A stretch of DNA of 63,615 nucleotides, the filler included, from Conidiobolus incongruus B7586 (taxonomy: Eukaryota), in NCBI GenBank assembly GCA_000697335.1. It is 6 parts of 6 records of this genome, joined end to end, with 100 filler letters (N's around TTAATTAATTAA, not from the genome) between each part and the next. Parts side by side here need not be neighbours in the genome. Positions count along the whole stretch, not along the records: positions 21,630 to 45,283 come from JNEM01006424.1; 5 more parts are not named here. The stretch is one strand, 5' to 3'. Position 1 is the first letter of the stretch; every line of letters begins with the position of its first letter. A program made the translations under genes and the position numbers. Below the pieces are notes generated by a model. It did no database searches. It worked only from the letters and a program-made list of their open reading frames with translations, and was not told the DNA's origin. Of the stretch, positions 26,152-39,429 are shown piece after piece.

Positions 26152-29100
26152 ATGGACTCTCCTTCTCCTCTGATGACACCTACTCCTTCTCGAAAGACCA
26201 CTTCATACGACTCAGATTCCGAATTATCCACCTCTACAATTACCCCAAGACAAGTTCCAAGGCCCATAAAGTCATCTCCATTTATTGAGACATTTCGACA
26301 TAGTTGGGTATTCGCAAAGGCACCACCTCCGCCAGAAGCTTTGATTTCATTACCTATGACTAACCCGAATGAATATCCCGAGCCTTTGATAATAACTACT
26401 TCTAATCCAGCTTCCAAATCCCAGCTCACTCAACCTTCCTTTTCCACAACTTTAAAACAATTAAAATTAAAAGATGACCAAATTAAAAGCAAACTCAGTA
26501 CAAGTATATCCATTACTCCTACAACGGAGACTAAGCCCGAATTACTTCCAGAAACTTCGGTTCCTGATTTTTTGACTTCCCCTGACGTTAACTTAACTCC
26601 TTCGGTGCTCCAACAGTTAAATAATACCGAAATAGAGTCCGACTCAGCTCCCCTCAGTTTACCCTCTCTCTCATCTTCTCTCTCTAGCACACAATACCAA
26701 AACATGCCACTCAGCCAGAGGACGAGTATGATATCATCCAACCGAGATAGTATCGCCTCGAATTTGAGCTATTATTCAACCTCCCCTATCCCTGATGTTA
26801 AATCGATTAGCACTCGTATCTTAGATCAACCCTCATCACCGTTACACAATCCACTATCTCCCATCAATAGGGTACATCATATTTTACCCAATGCGAGCAG
26901 GGAAAGCACGTTGGACGGATTTCATACTGCCAGGAGTAGTATTTACATCACACCATCCAACAGTCCCAGACACTCTGCGTTAATCGACAATCAGATCGCT
27001 TATGACCCTAAGCCGATGATTGAATCGATTGAACAAAGACTATCTGAGCTAGCAGCCAGCTCAGACCATGTGGAGCCAAACCAGAATCCCCTCCCCAATG
27101 ACGGAAGTGTGAGTAATTCAGAAGTTGAACAAGCCAATGAAAAGGCTTTGGGTGAATTAGCCGAACCAGAAGTCGATCCTGCCTCCATTCCAATTCCACC
27201 TTCCGAAAATTGTTCCTTCCATACCGCTGAAATTCCCCGCAATGACAGTAAATTAACTCTTAATATGGATTTCCCAAGAAGCGAATCACCCCAGCCAATC
27301 ACTCCCGCTCCCAATGAACCGTCACCCCAGCCTCAGAGCGTTGAGCTTAGCGAGGAAAAACTCGAAGCGTTGTATAAAAAGAGAACGCATATTGCGAAGG
27401 AAATTCTTCATACGGAGAGAACTTACGTTGAGGGTCTCGAACTTATTGAGAGGGTTTTCTATCAACCCCTCCTGCAGAGTCTTAAGTCGCAACCCCCAGG
27501 ACAGTCTCTACTCAGTAAGAAAAGTTTGCAGGATGTTTTCGCCAATTTGATCGATTTGTTAAATGTAAATCGAGAATTGTTGAGACAGCTTGAGAACCGC
27601 ATTGAAAAAAGGGCCTGGAATCCCAAGACCGATTGCCTTGGCGATATCTTCTGTGACATGGCCCCTTTTTTCAAAATGTATTCCCTATATGTAAAAAATT
27701 TCAATTCAGCATTGAGCGTGATCAGTAATCAAATTCAGAGGCATCCTCCTTTTGCTCAGTTTTTAAAGGACCCAAAAGTGATTCAAGAGTGTAAGGGATT
27801 GTCCTTTGAGGCTTATCTTATCTTGCCAGTTCAGCGTATTCCAAGATACAAACTACTTATCGAAGATATGCTCAAAAATACTCCAATTTACCACAGAGAT
27901 TTCGAAGGACTTACAAAAGCCTTGGATCTCGTTCAAAAAGTAGCAGTGTTTGTCAATGAAACTATTCGTCAGCACGAAATGTTCATGGAAATGCTACGCA
28001 TTCAAAAATTATTAGTCGGATTCAACGAGGTAATACAACAACTAACAAAAATCTTTATTGTTTATTCATATTCCATTAGGTCTTACTAGTACCTGGTCGA
28101 AAATTCATCAAGAGAGGTCCCATACACAAAATCTGTCGTAAAGATCACCGCTTACGCGAATTTTTCCTGTTTTCAGATATTTTAATTTACGCGTCACCTA
28201 GTTTATACGATGAAAAATTTCACTTTCATAGGAAATTGGATTTGAGTTTAACTTCGATTACCGATGTGGAAGACGACGACAATATTCAAAATAGCTTTCA
28301 AGTAATTAATAAAGAGAAGTCGTTCGGTGTCTACGTCGAAAGTCCTGAAGTGAAAAAGCAGTGGATGGACGCTTTGAATCAGACGATTTTGGAGTATCAT
28401 CAAGCAAAGAGTACTTTGAAATTGGAAGATAAGAAACAACTTGTTGAAGCTGCATTGAATCGAGTAGTGACAGATTATTCAGCACCCGTTTGGATTCCTG
28501 ATGCAAACGCTGACAATTGTATGATTTGCTCAGAAGAATTCACCATGTTTAGAAGAAAGCATCACTGCAGACTTTGCGGTAAAGTTATTTGTCACTCTTG
28601 CTCTTCTAGAACTTTCTATATCAGAGGTTCCGGAACCATGAGTAGTAGTTCTGGCAGTATGGAGCCCAGACCTGCAAGGGCTTGTGATCCTTGCTATAAA
28701 GCTAGATTCAAGAATGAACCTGACAATGGCTATCCATCAAGCTCAGGGTCCACTTTGACATTAGGATTACGTAGATATTCTCTCATGAGCTATGGCGACA
28801 GTAGCAGCACATCCAATGCAGGTATAAGATTCCAGTTTGGAGCACCTAAGAGATTACAAGAATTGAAAAATGCATTTTGCAGAGATTCCTTCTGCTCAGA
28901 TACCACCCTCGAAGAAAACTCCACCTATTCATCATCCACCTTAAACAGAAGCTCCACCCTACAATATCCTGCCACCCGTTTCCAACGTCTCAAATCACTT
29001 GCATCCACTGGAATTACCCCTGCCAACACGCAAGAGCAAATTACTCCAGCCATCAAGAGTTGCCAACTGTGCCTATCGGAGTTTACTGTCTTCCGATGGC

Positions 29101-29462
29101 GCAACACGTGTAGCCGATGCCAAAAACAGGTTTGCAGTGACTGTCTTACCAAAAAAATGCAGCCCAGTCGTCGCAATACCATGATCCTCGACGATGAGCC
29201 TATCTCTCCACCTCTTCCCAGCAACCCTAGAGACAGTATCCTGACATTGTCATCTCTCTACTCCAATTTCACCTCTCACGGCGACGAACCCATGATCTGC
29301 GACCCATGCTTCCTCGGCATCGACCCTGACAAAGTGATTATCAATCAGCATGGCGGTGGCTGGGAAGTGCGCGAAGTCCTCGTCGACTTCCCCACCGACG
29401 AGCCTCTCTCCGTGGCCAACGCTCCCGAGCCCTACGCTGAAACGGCCGCGGCTCAAGTCTAA
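26152..29462 (+). CDS. FGD/frabin-like Rho GEF: Ser/Pro-rich N-terminus, DH, PH, FYVE and a second degenerate FYVE-like finger (intron 28030-28079)
   Basis: DH motifs EILHTERTYVEGL and LILPVQRIPRYKLL. The splice gives FNE|VLLVPGRKFIKRG...FFLFSDILIY (PH). FYVE WIPD..CMIC..FTMFRRKHHCRLCGKVICHSCS..ACDPC. Confidence 0.92.
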
Positions 29463-31734
29463 CCACACACTATCATTGTAATTAATCCACCTTTACTCAT
29501 TTCATCCACTTTGTTTTTTTGTAAAATCATTTTCATTTCAAATCAATTAATAATTATGATAATAGTAATAAACTCATTTTTGATCCTTTTTTGTATTTAG
29601 TTTACCTGATTGGTGCCTATTACTCGATATAATTTTTTAATCCTTTTATTTCATTATTGTAAATTACATCTCCTCCAGTTCAACTTTGAACAACTTATTA
29701 TATTAGCACAATGTCAATGGAAATATTATCATAATTCGGTTTATCGTTTTTAGGTTAATATCTGACATTATTTGATATTACCAATTATTTAATTGAAACT
29801 CTAGTATTGTATACTTTTTTAAATTATATAACACTCTGATGCACGAAATCACAAATTTATGTATTTGATTATGAAATTATTAAAATTTATGTTTATTGAA
29901 TCATTGTTAAATTTGATTAAGTAAATTAAAAAATTGTTATTATATAAATATTATATAATTGGATATTTTATTTCTTGATATAATTATATACGTGTTACTA
30001 ATTTAAATCACTATTATAATATTTGTTTTTTAAAATTCAACCTGAAATTTTTGATATTTTTATGAGAATTGATATTTTTGAATTGAAATTTTAAATACTC
30101 GATATTATATTGATGATGATTAAATAATGTTATATCAGTAGATTTGTTATACCATTAATCAATGATAATACTAAAAATTCTAGAATTATCACTAATTATA
30201 TTTAAAAAAAAGTAATAATATTCAATTCATTAACTCCTAAAAATTCTAATTCATGACCTCATATTAACGATATTTTTCAAGTATTTACCTACCTAATGAC
30301 CTCTGTATCAATCCAGCTAATTAAGATAAATATAGAAATTACTCAGAAAAGTAATCATAAAGGTCAATAATGGATTATAATAAGTATATCATGTGAAATT
30401 GATGACTCAAAGTTACTGCATCTCTCATTTAGCTCATCACTATTAGACGAATAGTAAGTTACAAAAAAATATATTAAAAATAGATGAATAATATATCATA
30501 ATAACCCAAGCCAATAAAATCTAGATATATTATACTATTTTGTCAAAAATCACGCTATTAACTCTGAGGGGAATTATAGTTCAATTTGAAATGTGACTCT
30601 GCCATTAATTTACAGCCAAAAAATCACAAAATTTGAATAAATCAAATTTTAAAATCCAATCAATTTAGTAATAATTTCTTGATTCTTAATTTTAATTGAA
30701 AAAAGGGTTTAAAAATCAGTTATATTTATATATAGTGTGAATTGAATTAAAAAACTTAGAAATATTTTGTGGATATATATATATTCGAAAGTTCATATGG
30801 TATTTTCCATAATATATAGATAGCTGTTATTTTTGTTTAAATATTAATTTCAATATTTTTATATACCAAAGCATATTTATTAAAATTGTTTATTGAACTT
30901 TAAAAATCAATTAGATGAGGAATATTCCAATAAGTTTATAGAATTTTTTTTGAAAATGAAATCACAATCAATAATAATTATAGATATAGTAATTTTATCA
31001 TTTAAATTTATACAAATTGTAATTAATATAAAATCAAAAACAATTCTAAACTGCTATAAATTATGAAAAATTACTTATAATAATAATAACTCATTCCCAA
31101 AAATTTAAATAAAATTTTATAAATTCAATTTATTACAAATGATTTATTATGATATTGTTTTTATTTTTTAATATTTTCATGGGATGAATATTATATATTG
31201 AATAATTCATAACTCTTTCATTTTGAATTTAATCCAGATAGATTTATTTAAGAATCCTAGGATTAGTACTAAAATGATGATTAAGGCGTCCTATTTTACA
31301 TTCTATCGCTAATGATATCTTTAGATTTTGATAAATGAATCGATATATTAACTAATATACCAAAAATATGACCAATTTTTTTGTTATTATTACATTTATA
31401 ATTTTGAATATAATATTTTTATAACTGAGTTTGAAATTGGATCAAACTTCAACCCAATAAATTTAAATTCATATGCGCAAATTATTAAAATATATCAACA
31501 TAATTTGAAATACAAAATTGGAATTTCAATATTGTGTATATTTAAAATTAATAATATAATAACTATTGCTGAAATTCAAATTGAATTGTTAAATTAGCAT
31601 TAAATTTTGAGATTAATGATATCATTCAGTATTTCAAAATTCATTCAACATAAAAAACTCAGCAAATAGCTTTTAATATAAAACCTAAAACATCAGCATG
31701 ATTAATACCTCTATAGAATTATAGATACATCACA

Positions 31735-33043
31735 ATGAATAGATTTCACATAACAAGACCATAATAACGTCACCACACCACGACGATACAACTTCAAGCA
31801 TTACCAAAGATGAACGAATTTAAAGATTTGGTACATACTAATATACCTGGTAAAAAGGTATTCGGGGATTTTTTTTTGTATAATCCAACAGCTATAGGTA
31901 ATCATGACACTATAGCAATATGATTAGATATTGATTTTGCAGGGATATATAGATTCCTTGGGTAGAGAATTATATAAAAAATCCCTTTGAAGGATAAGAG
32001 AGCTGTAGAGCTATTTTCAGGTAATCATTTTGAATTATGGATTAATATTATTAGAGTCTGTACTGCTTGACATGATCCATTTTAAATCAACAACCCAGAG
32101 ACATTATCCCAATCGATCCTATCATAGGATTGAAACCCGAATTTCAAGCATGAAGCCGAATATATCATACTAACTCTTAATTAAACCAATTTAGAAACTT
32201 CAAATTACTATAGGAATACCCGTTGAATAGGAAAACTTCTATATTTACGAAGACTATAATTTAGAAAAGATGATGAATGACAAATTACCGAAGAACCGGA
32301 GGAGATTAGTGAGATCGACGCATAGTTATGACAAAATCCATCCCGACCTGGTGATGTTCGGAACCACGACGGATGAATGAAAATCGTCCCAGTTGATTAA
32401 CCACTTTATTGAATCGTTCTACAATAGAGAGGGCTGGTTCAAATATGGTGGAATTCCAATCTATTTGTTAATGCATCACAACGCCATTAAAAAGCCCGCT
32501 AAAGGTCAGAAAGCCCCGTGGGCATTGAGTGCATTATTTGGTATTTATTTGGAAGGCTTAGAAGGCCTTAAGTTTGATATTGATCTTAAAAATTTCAACA
32601 ATGAAATGAGCTTAGTGCCGTCAGATGCTTGGTTGCTGAGCAAGGGACGTAAGAAGGTCGACATTGTGAGTTTAGTTCCTTTGGAGAAGTGTAAAATTGA
32701 AGGTATTTGGGATTTTTCTAGCATGTAATCGAATTCACCTAATCTATTAACTAATTTTAGCTCCTCTGCATATTTTCACCAATCTACTATCCCTTTTGAG
32801 TTTTAAGAATAATACAAATTTAAAATCTATGACAAAGTAATTAATCATTCATCGCAGTCAATCACTCTACTAACAAAATTTGGAACTTTAGATCCAGGAT
32901 CTGAAGGCGTCCTACAATATATATCCAATATAGATCCCAATATAAAGTGTAAAGAATTGGCCCTTTCACAGTATGATGTGATAACGTCAGCGTATTTGAA
33001 GTAGTATAGGGTACAGTTTGGTCAAGATCTCAAAATTCCTTAA
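31735..33043 (+). pseudogene. Mitochondrial transcription factor B (Mtf1/mtTFB, KsgA-like fold) pseudogene
   Basis: Intron-split fragments resemble fungal Mtf1: LKDKRAVELFSG, IHPDLVMFG, LINHFIESFYNREGWFKYGGIPIYLLM, VSLVP, PGSEGVL..IDPNIKCKELALSQY. In-frame stops at 31762-31767, 32228, 32378 and 33002, plus apparent frameshifts. Confidence 0.65.
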
Positions 33044-33518
33044 TATGTCGTATAATAATTTTATTTATTAAACAACAATTTTTTTCAATTATTAGTATTT
33101 TTTTTGAATTGAAAAAAATTTGGCAGTTAATTAAACAATTAAGTTAAATAGATTATACAATTCTTACATGTTAGTTGACTAAAAAATATTAAAATTATTG
33201 AATTTGAATCGATAACAGATATATTAATGTTGTAATTAAAAATGAATTAACGAAGATTAAAATCAAAAAAAGGCAATTGTTATTTATCAAGCATATGGTG
33301 GATTACCATAGCTTTGCCTAAAAATTGAATTCAGATTGTAAGATTCAAATTCCTAAGCACCAATCGTTACATCAACGGAGATTATTTTTATCAAAATAAT
33401 TTAATAATTTGGAATATTTTCAAAATCAAATTCAATTCATTTTACATAATTAAAAACAAAAAATTGAATAATTTATATAAATTAAATAAATTTATTTAAA
33501 CTCAAAATTATTTGTGAT

Positions 33519-34533
33519 CTATTCAATAACTACCATTTTAGCAGCTCCTAATTGTCTCAATAAATCTTGTTCTTGAACATCATGAGCTAAATATCTAAAT
33601 TAATATGAAGTTTACAGTAATAATAAATTAATGTTACCATCTTCAACTTCACCCCAAAAGTCCTGCTGATACTTCAATTCGACTTGAGAAGCTTGAGCGA
33701 TAGATTCCAAGGATTGGTCACCAAGGATCACTTGGAGTCCGAGGATGTAGGATTTGGAAGCGATGACGGCTCTTTCAAAACCTAATCAAAATGTTAAATA
33801 TATGAATTGACTTATTATAGGATATTAATAATTACCAGCTAATGTCAAAGCATCGAAATCTCTCATCAACTTCAAAAGAGGCTCAGCAATTTCCTTAGGC
33901 TGTTTACTACCAATAATGGATTCAGTGACCTTAAGTTCAACATTAAAGTTGTCCTTGATCCAATTGTGGACCGGAGTCCAATGCAAATCCTGCAACTCAT
34001 TTAACTTCTGAGGGTATCCCTGTCTATAGCAGAGTGTATCGGTATGCAAATAACGTTCCAACTGGCCGTAGACAATAAATCTTTGGGCTTCTTGACTGAG
34101 ATCATCTTGACTGCGAGCCACGAGGGAGGTCTAAAAAACGATTAATCAATTTTGAAATATTGGAAAATAATAATGGATTTACCAACGGCAATGAATGAGG
34201 TTTAATAACTTTCTTTTGAGATTCCCATTCTCCAGCAATAAGGTGAGCCAAAATGGGTTTATTCTTGGGGACTACCAACTTGGTACCGATTGGAGTTTTG
34301 ACGTTTCTGCCGTCCAAATCAATAGTGAAACCTTCGGGAGTTTCTTTGATGCCAACATTCTTCCAGAAGCGTTTGGGTTCACTCTTTTCTAAATTGGTGT
34401 TAAATTAAAGAATATGATATGAAATTTGGTAATTACTTTGTTCTAAAGAAGTCAAATTAACTGAAAAATTTCTGATTTGCTGAAATTTGGAATTAGATTT
34501 GGTAATATATTGAATAGTATTTTTTGTCAACAT
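33519..34533 (-). CDS. ATP12: Mitochondrial F1-ATPase assembly chaperone Atp12 (5 exons)
   Basis: Presequence-like exon 1 (34437-34533). Motifs KRFWKNV..LDGRNVKTP, IAGEWESQ, YLHTDTLCY, QQDFWGEVED, HDVQEQDLLRQLGAA. GT-AG introns. Confidence 0.93.
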
Positions 34534-35059
34534 TTTTATTATTTAACTATGTTTATATTTTTTAGTTATTTGCAAGTATTACTTAATGTAATTGATTGAT
34601 ATAGTTGGATAGAGAAATAAAAAATTATGGGTTTCATGGGTTTAATTTTACAGTGGATCCAAATAACATTAGGTAAAATATTTATAAATTAAAGATTGTC
34701 ATTGGTAAATATACAAATAATATCTTGATCTATCCCAATTTTATAAAAATATATATTGTATATTATCGATTCAAAATATTAAGTAATGATAAAACTAATT
34801 TTATTTGGTTGATTTATTTATTAAGATGAATAAATAAATGTTTATAAATAATTATTACATTATGTTATTTGAAATATAATGCATCGTTCATTTAACTAAA
34901 TCTAATCAAAATAACAACTCAATTTTTCATTAAAACCTGTATTTTGAAATTTCAACAAAATAATATACCACTAATCCCATAAAACCAAACCATTAAAAAA
35001 AATTTTATAACCATTAAACTACTTCGTCATTAAAAAATTTATCAATCATAGAAATAAAA

Positions 35060-36607
35060 ATGTCCAATTATTTAAAACAAGAACTAGAAAAATCCATTTT
35101 AAAACTACGTCAAACTCTTTCAACTCTCAAAGATTTGTTACAAAAGTTTGTAGAATTTGACACATGTGGCTACTGTTTATTGCGTTGTTTAGGTATTCAC
35201 ACTCAATGTCACTACAATCTCAATGTAACAGAACTGAACCAAGTATTCCAACAGCTTACATTGGATGAAACTATAGAATTTAAGAGTGATAAAAAATGTA
35301 GGTTTTGTATAGATATTTTAAACGATATGAATATTATTAAATACGTTAATAAATTGAATGAGAGGTACTTAGAGGAAAGTTACGATACTAAAGAAATTGA
35401 AATTGGATTACAATTTTCGTTAACTTTAATTATGAGGGATTATTTGTTAAAATTGTGGTTTGAATCATTACTAACAGTTAAAGATACTAAAGTCACTGAA
35501 TTAAAGGCTTTAGTACGTCAAAAAATTATTACAAAGTTGGGAGATTTCAACACTGTAAAATATTTACAGGGAAGTCCCTTAGATGTCAATATTACTTTGG
35601 ATCATACTGAGAGTTCGGAAGATTATTTGAAATTGTTGCAATTTAATTACAATCAGAATAATAATCAGAAGCGTAGTAAGAAGAATAAACAGGCGCCCAA
35701 GTTTAAGTGGAACAGAAGTAAATTGATGGAGTTTTTGGGTAAGATGAATTTGGATCAGTTGACTGAAGTGCAAGTATTCCCTCCTAAGTTAGATTGGGTC
35801 CAAAGCCCCGAGGTTGCTGAGATTGTGTTCGCACGTAAGCCTATTTTCTTGGCTGGAAGGTATTTGAAATTAGATCGATTCACCAGCCAAACACCTTTCT
35901 TCGTCGGATCTAAAAAGTTGGCAGCTCATAGTGTCAGCGACAGTTTCGAACCTGTCATTAACACTTTCAAGGCTTCGGGATATACTATGGTGCCAGCTGG
36001 ACGTGAAGATATGGACGTAAGGATGCTTGGCACAGGTCGTCCCTTCTACCTCGAAATCAAAAATCCTAAGCTCACAGATTTCTCCAAGGTGGACTTTTCC
36101 CAACTGCAAACCGTAATTAATGAAGTGCACGATCCCGTAAAAATTCGCGACTTGTGTCCGATTACACAAGACGATATCAAAATCATAAAATTGGGCGAAG
36201 AGTCCAAATCAAAGTACTACAGGGCTCTAATTTGGACTGCCACCAACACCAAAGATTTGGATTTGCAAAAGATTAACCAATCGCCCAGCTCTTTAGCCGA
36301 ATTGCAGCAGGGTACCCCCATCCGAGTGTTTCATCGCCGTGCTGCTGGCAACCGTCCCAAAAGGATTTATGACATTCGCGTGACTCCAATCCATGATCAC
36401 TTGCTTCAGGCAGATATTCACGCTCAGGCAGGTACTTATATCAAAGAGTTGGTGCATGGCGATATGGGAAGGACTCAACCTAATTTTTCACAAGTGTTGG
36501 GATGTGCTTGCGAGCTTTTAGAGTTGGATGTCATACATGTTGATTTGAAATGGCCACCCGAAGAAGAATATCAACCTAAAAAACTCAAGATAGAAAATGG
36601 AAATTAA
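35060..36607 (+). CDS. PUS10: tRNA pseudouridine synthase Pus10
   Basis: GRYLKLDRFTSQTP, catalytic AGREDMDVRMLGTGRPF, LQQGTPIRVFHRR, QAGTYIKELVHGDMGRTQP, LDV. N-terminal CxxC pairs. Confidence 0.95.
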   Translation: MSNYLKQELEKSILKLRQTLSTLKDLLQKFVEFDTCGYCLLRCLGIHTQCHYNLNVTELNQVFQQLTLDETIEFKSDKKCRFCIDILNDMNIIKYVNKLNERYLEESYDTKEIEIGLQFSLTLIMRDYLLKLWFESLLTVKDTKVTELKALVRQKIITKLGDFNTVKYLQGSPLDVNITLDHTESSEDYLKLLQFNYNQNNNQKRSKKNKQAPKFKWNRSKLMEFLGKMNLDQLTEVQVFPPKLDWVQSPEVAEIVFARKPIFLAGRYLKLDRFTSQTPFFVGSKKLAAHSVSDSFEPVINTFKASGYTMVPAGREDMDVRMLGTGRPFYLEIKNPKLTDFSKVDFSQLQTVINEVHDPVKIRDLCPITQDDIKIIKLGEESKSKYYRALIWTATNTKDLDLQKINQSPSSLAELQQGTPIRVFHRRAAGNRPKRIYDIRVTPIHDHLLQADIHAQAGTYIKELVHGDMGRTQPNFSQVLGCACELLELDVIHVDLKWPPEEEYQPKKLKIENGN

Positions 36608-36925
36608 AAAGCTCATTTTGATTAAAATTAAAAATAATAATTAAATATCAAAAGGTATTTGACTAAAATACAATATAAAAATCTAAAATATTGAGATCTT
36701 AAATTTAATATATTAGTCAATGATAAAGTTATTATATTAATATGAGGAATTAATTAATAGAATATAATTTTATTCATTAATTTAATATTTATGCTTGATT
36801 ATATGTAATTAATATTCGAAAATAATGTATTTTTTTGACAAGATAGATTGAAAAAATTGAAAAATTCATTTGAAATAAGATGGAAATTGTTAATGTAAAA
36901 ATGTATATCAATAAGAAGAACAGAA

Positions 36926-36998
36926 TGTTTCCACTCGGGATTGAACCGAGGACCTTGTGCGTGTGAAGCACACGTGATAGCCACTACACCATGGAAAC
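36926..36998 (-). tRNA. tRNA-Val (anticodon CAC), intronless
   Basis: GTTTCCATGGTGTAGTGGCTATCACGTGTGCTTCACACGCACAAGGTCCTCGGTTCAATCCCGAGTGGAAACA. Acceptor stem GTTTCCA/TGGAAAC, anticodon stem TGTGC/GCACA, T-loop TTCAATC. Confidence 0.96.
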
Positions 36999-37178
36999 TT
37001 AATATTTATTCATAAATTAGTATTATAAATTAAATAATTCCTAATTTGTCATTTGTTTTAACCTGAATTTTTTAAAATAACTCCATTAATATTATTTTGT
37101 TTTATTATATTAATCTATATATATATAATGAATATATTAAAATATTTTATTTATTATTAAAAACATTTAATAATTTAA

Positions 37179-38297
37179 TTAATTCGTTTTTTTATCTCCA
37201 TTCATTTCATTATTCTGATCCTCATCTTCACTCATTTTAATTAATTCCAACAATCTCTCATAAAACTTCTGAGTCTTCTCATTAATTCTACCTCTGGCAA
37301 TTGTATCTTCCACCAATTGCTTATTAACGGGATCGTTAATAAATTCAATGAGAGGATGCTTCGAATTGGGTTCTTTGGACAGTTGATGTAATAGAGATTT
37401 GTCAAATTTCAGACTGAGGTCGTAATAATGATTCAATTTGGTCAATTCTTCCAATTCTAGTAAATTGTGTTGGATGGTCTGTAAAAAGTATTGGGTGGCA
37501 CCATAGCTGGGAGGAATGTCGATGAATAGAATACAACCGTAGAGGGATAATAACACGAGGTGAGTGAGTTGGTGAAAATCACAGTAAAAAGATTTGAGAT
37601 TGTATCCTAAGTACTTCAAGTATTCACTATTTCTAAAATCTATGTAAATGATACTCTGCGCACTCATCAGGCCAATCACTATCAAAATAGTCCAAAAGCG
37701 CCAACCCTCTTTCGGGAAGTGAATACTTACTAACCCGACGATGACGAATACAACGAGATACGGCAACATAGCAGAAGGCAATAAATACAGAATATAATCG
37801 CTATCTTCACTACAAAATGTACACTTGGAAACTGTATCGTGACCGAATTTAGAATATGCCATCCTACCTTCAATACTTCTTAATTTGTGACTCAAAAAAT
37901 GTAACTCGTGTAATTTATCGCTGGGTGGCATATCTTTTACAATAGGTTTGTAAGGTTTATTCCACCAGTTCAAATAAACGTCATTATTGGGTATATATCG
38001 GGGAACTACAACTTCTTGAAATACTTTACGTAATTCATAACTTCTCAAATCTGGTGACGATTTAGTAGCTTTAAAAATATCGTAAGGTCTATTCCATGTA
38101 AGTTCGTAGACTTCATAAGCCATACCGGAAATTAGCAAACCGTAAAACACATAATCCCATTTGGATTTTTTCGGCTTGGGAGGTGTGAAACTATTATCAT
38201 CGTTGGAGAATACTTTGTAGTAAAGGGTAATTGCTAAAGGTAGTGCTAGAGATGGTAGAATTTGTTTAACGAGTTCTGGGAATAGCTGTGCATACAT
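37179..38297 (-). CDS. Uncharacterised multi-pass membrane protein (372 aa)
   Basis: Long single-exon ORF with several hydrophobic helices and a YSKFG...CTFC..DSDYILYLLP motif reminiscent of conserved fungal membrane proteins. Confidence 0.8.
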   Translation of the reverse strand: MYAQLFPELVKQILPSLALPLAITLYYKVFSNDDNSFTPPKPKKSKWDYVFYGLLISGMAYEVYELTWNRPYDIFKATKSSPDLRSYELRKVFQEVVVPRYIPNNDVYLNWWNKPYKPIVKDMPPSDKLHELHFLSHKLRSIEGRMAYSKFGHDTVSKCTFCSEDSDYILYLLPSAMLPYLVVFVIVGLVSIHFPKEGWRFWTILIVIGLMSAQSIIYIDFRNSEYLKYLGYNLKSFYCDFHQLTHLVLLSLYGCILFIDIPPSYGATQYFLQTIQHNLLELEELTKLNHYYDLSLKFDKSLLHQLSKEPNSKHPLIEFINDPVNKQLVEDTIARGRINEKTQKFYERLLELIKMSEDEDQNNEMNGDKKTN

Positions 38298-39108
38298 TAT
38301 TATTTTATTATTATTATTTTTTTAATTTTTTATATGAATTAGTAAACTTTAATAATTAGGAATTCAATGTATTTATATTATGGTATCAAAGTAATTTTGA
38401 ATTATGATGTGGACCAATTAAATTCGAAGATTTCGAATAATTAATTAGTGTTTGCAAGAATAAAGCCAAAATTGATTAAAAATTATGCTATAATGCCATT
38501 TTATGATTCTACATTATTTATCTCCAAAAAGGCTATTCTAATATTAAATATTGACATTTTTATATTTAATCACTTTGACATTTTGCAGTAAAGTATTTAA
38601 TATTATAATTATTGTATTTAATATTGTAAAATATTATAAATAAATAATATTTTTTAAAACAGAAAACTAACTGGGTTTATTAAATGAATTATATACATAA
38701 TCAATTTAGTATATATTAAAAAAATCTTAATTAAACTGAAATTTGATATATATTAAAAGATTAAAATTATTTTATTAAAATAAAAAAAAATTAAACTACA
38801 TCTCTACTTTGTTTAGTTGAAAAGTACTATCAAATCGTTGTTCCTAGTGCTCAATCCATTTAAAAAAATCGATAATTCTACACTATTCCAAAATTGATAA
38901 TACCCAAACAATTCTATATAATAAACATACCAACTAATAACAAAATCTATCTTATAAAATTGAAATATCATAATAATATAGTAAGCTTGTATAACTTTTT
39001 TTTTCTTTTTTCTGTTTTTTTTTATTTTAAATTGGAAATTAGTCAAATGCATGATAACTAATGATACTAAATTATATTAGATTATACAACTTGAACTTAT
39101 TAGTCATT

Positions 39109-39429
39109 TTAAAAGAATAATTGTAAAAATGACAATACACCTAAATTTAATTAATATCAATTATCTCAAACTAATTCACATAATGAATTACCTCCAAATA
39201 CAAATATTCCCAAAATAAATAAATAGATAAATTGGTTGGGTTGGTTAGGTTTGTTAAGTTCTCTCTCTTCCTTTTCTTCCTTTAATTGAGTCGATGACTT
39301 GGTATGACCTCTCTTGTGAATATTTTTAGCGTATTCAGCATTCTTTTGTCTCATACGAGGTGTTAAAGGCTATTATTTATTTATTAAATAATAGTTATTA
39401 TTATATTAAATAATATTTTTATTTACCAT
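39109..39429 (-). CDS. SERP1/RAMP4 (Ysy6-like) ribosome-associated ER membrane protein; exons 39427-39429, 39192-39369, 39109-39140
   Basis: M|PLTPRMRQKNAEYAKNIHKRG...LFILGIFVFG|GVLSFLQLFF*. The R.KN..Y.KNI.KRG motif and tail anchor are typical. First coding exon is ATG only. Confidence 0.85.

Noticed and set aside
26142..29468. Many antisense and overlapping short ORFs within the RhoGEF (also within UGT, PUS10 and the Num1-like gene)
   Set aside because: Shadow ORFs expected in GC-richer coding DNA, with no motifs.
32228..33004. Stop-codon recoding or A-to-I editing rescuing the Mtf1-like gene
   Set aside because: All three stop types plus frameshifts occur, and neighbouring genes end in standard TAA/TAG. 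Pseudogenisation is simpler.
36789..36984. Two ~60-aa minus-strand ORFs
   Set aside because: They overlap the tRNA-Val gene and its AT-rich trailer.
35060..36998. tRNA-modifying PUS10 next to a tRNA gene
   Set aside because: tRNA genes are dispersed, the orientation is convergent, and nothing indicates functional linkage.
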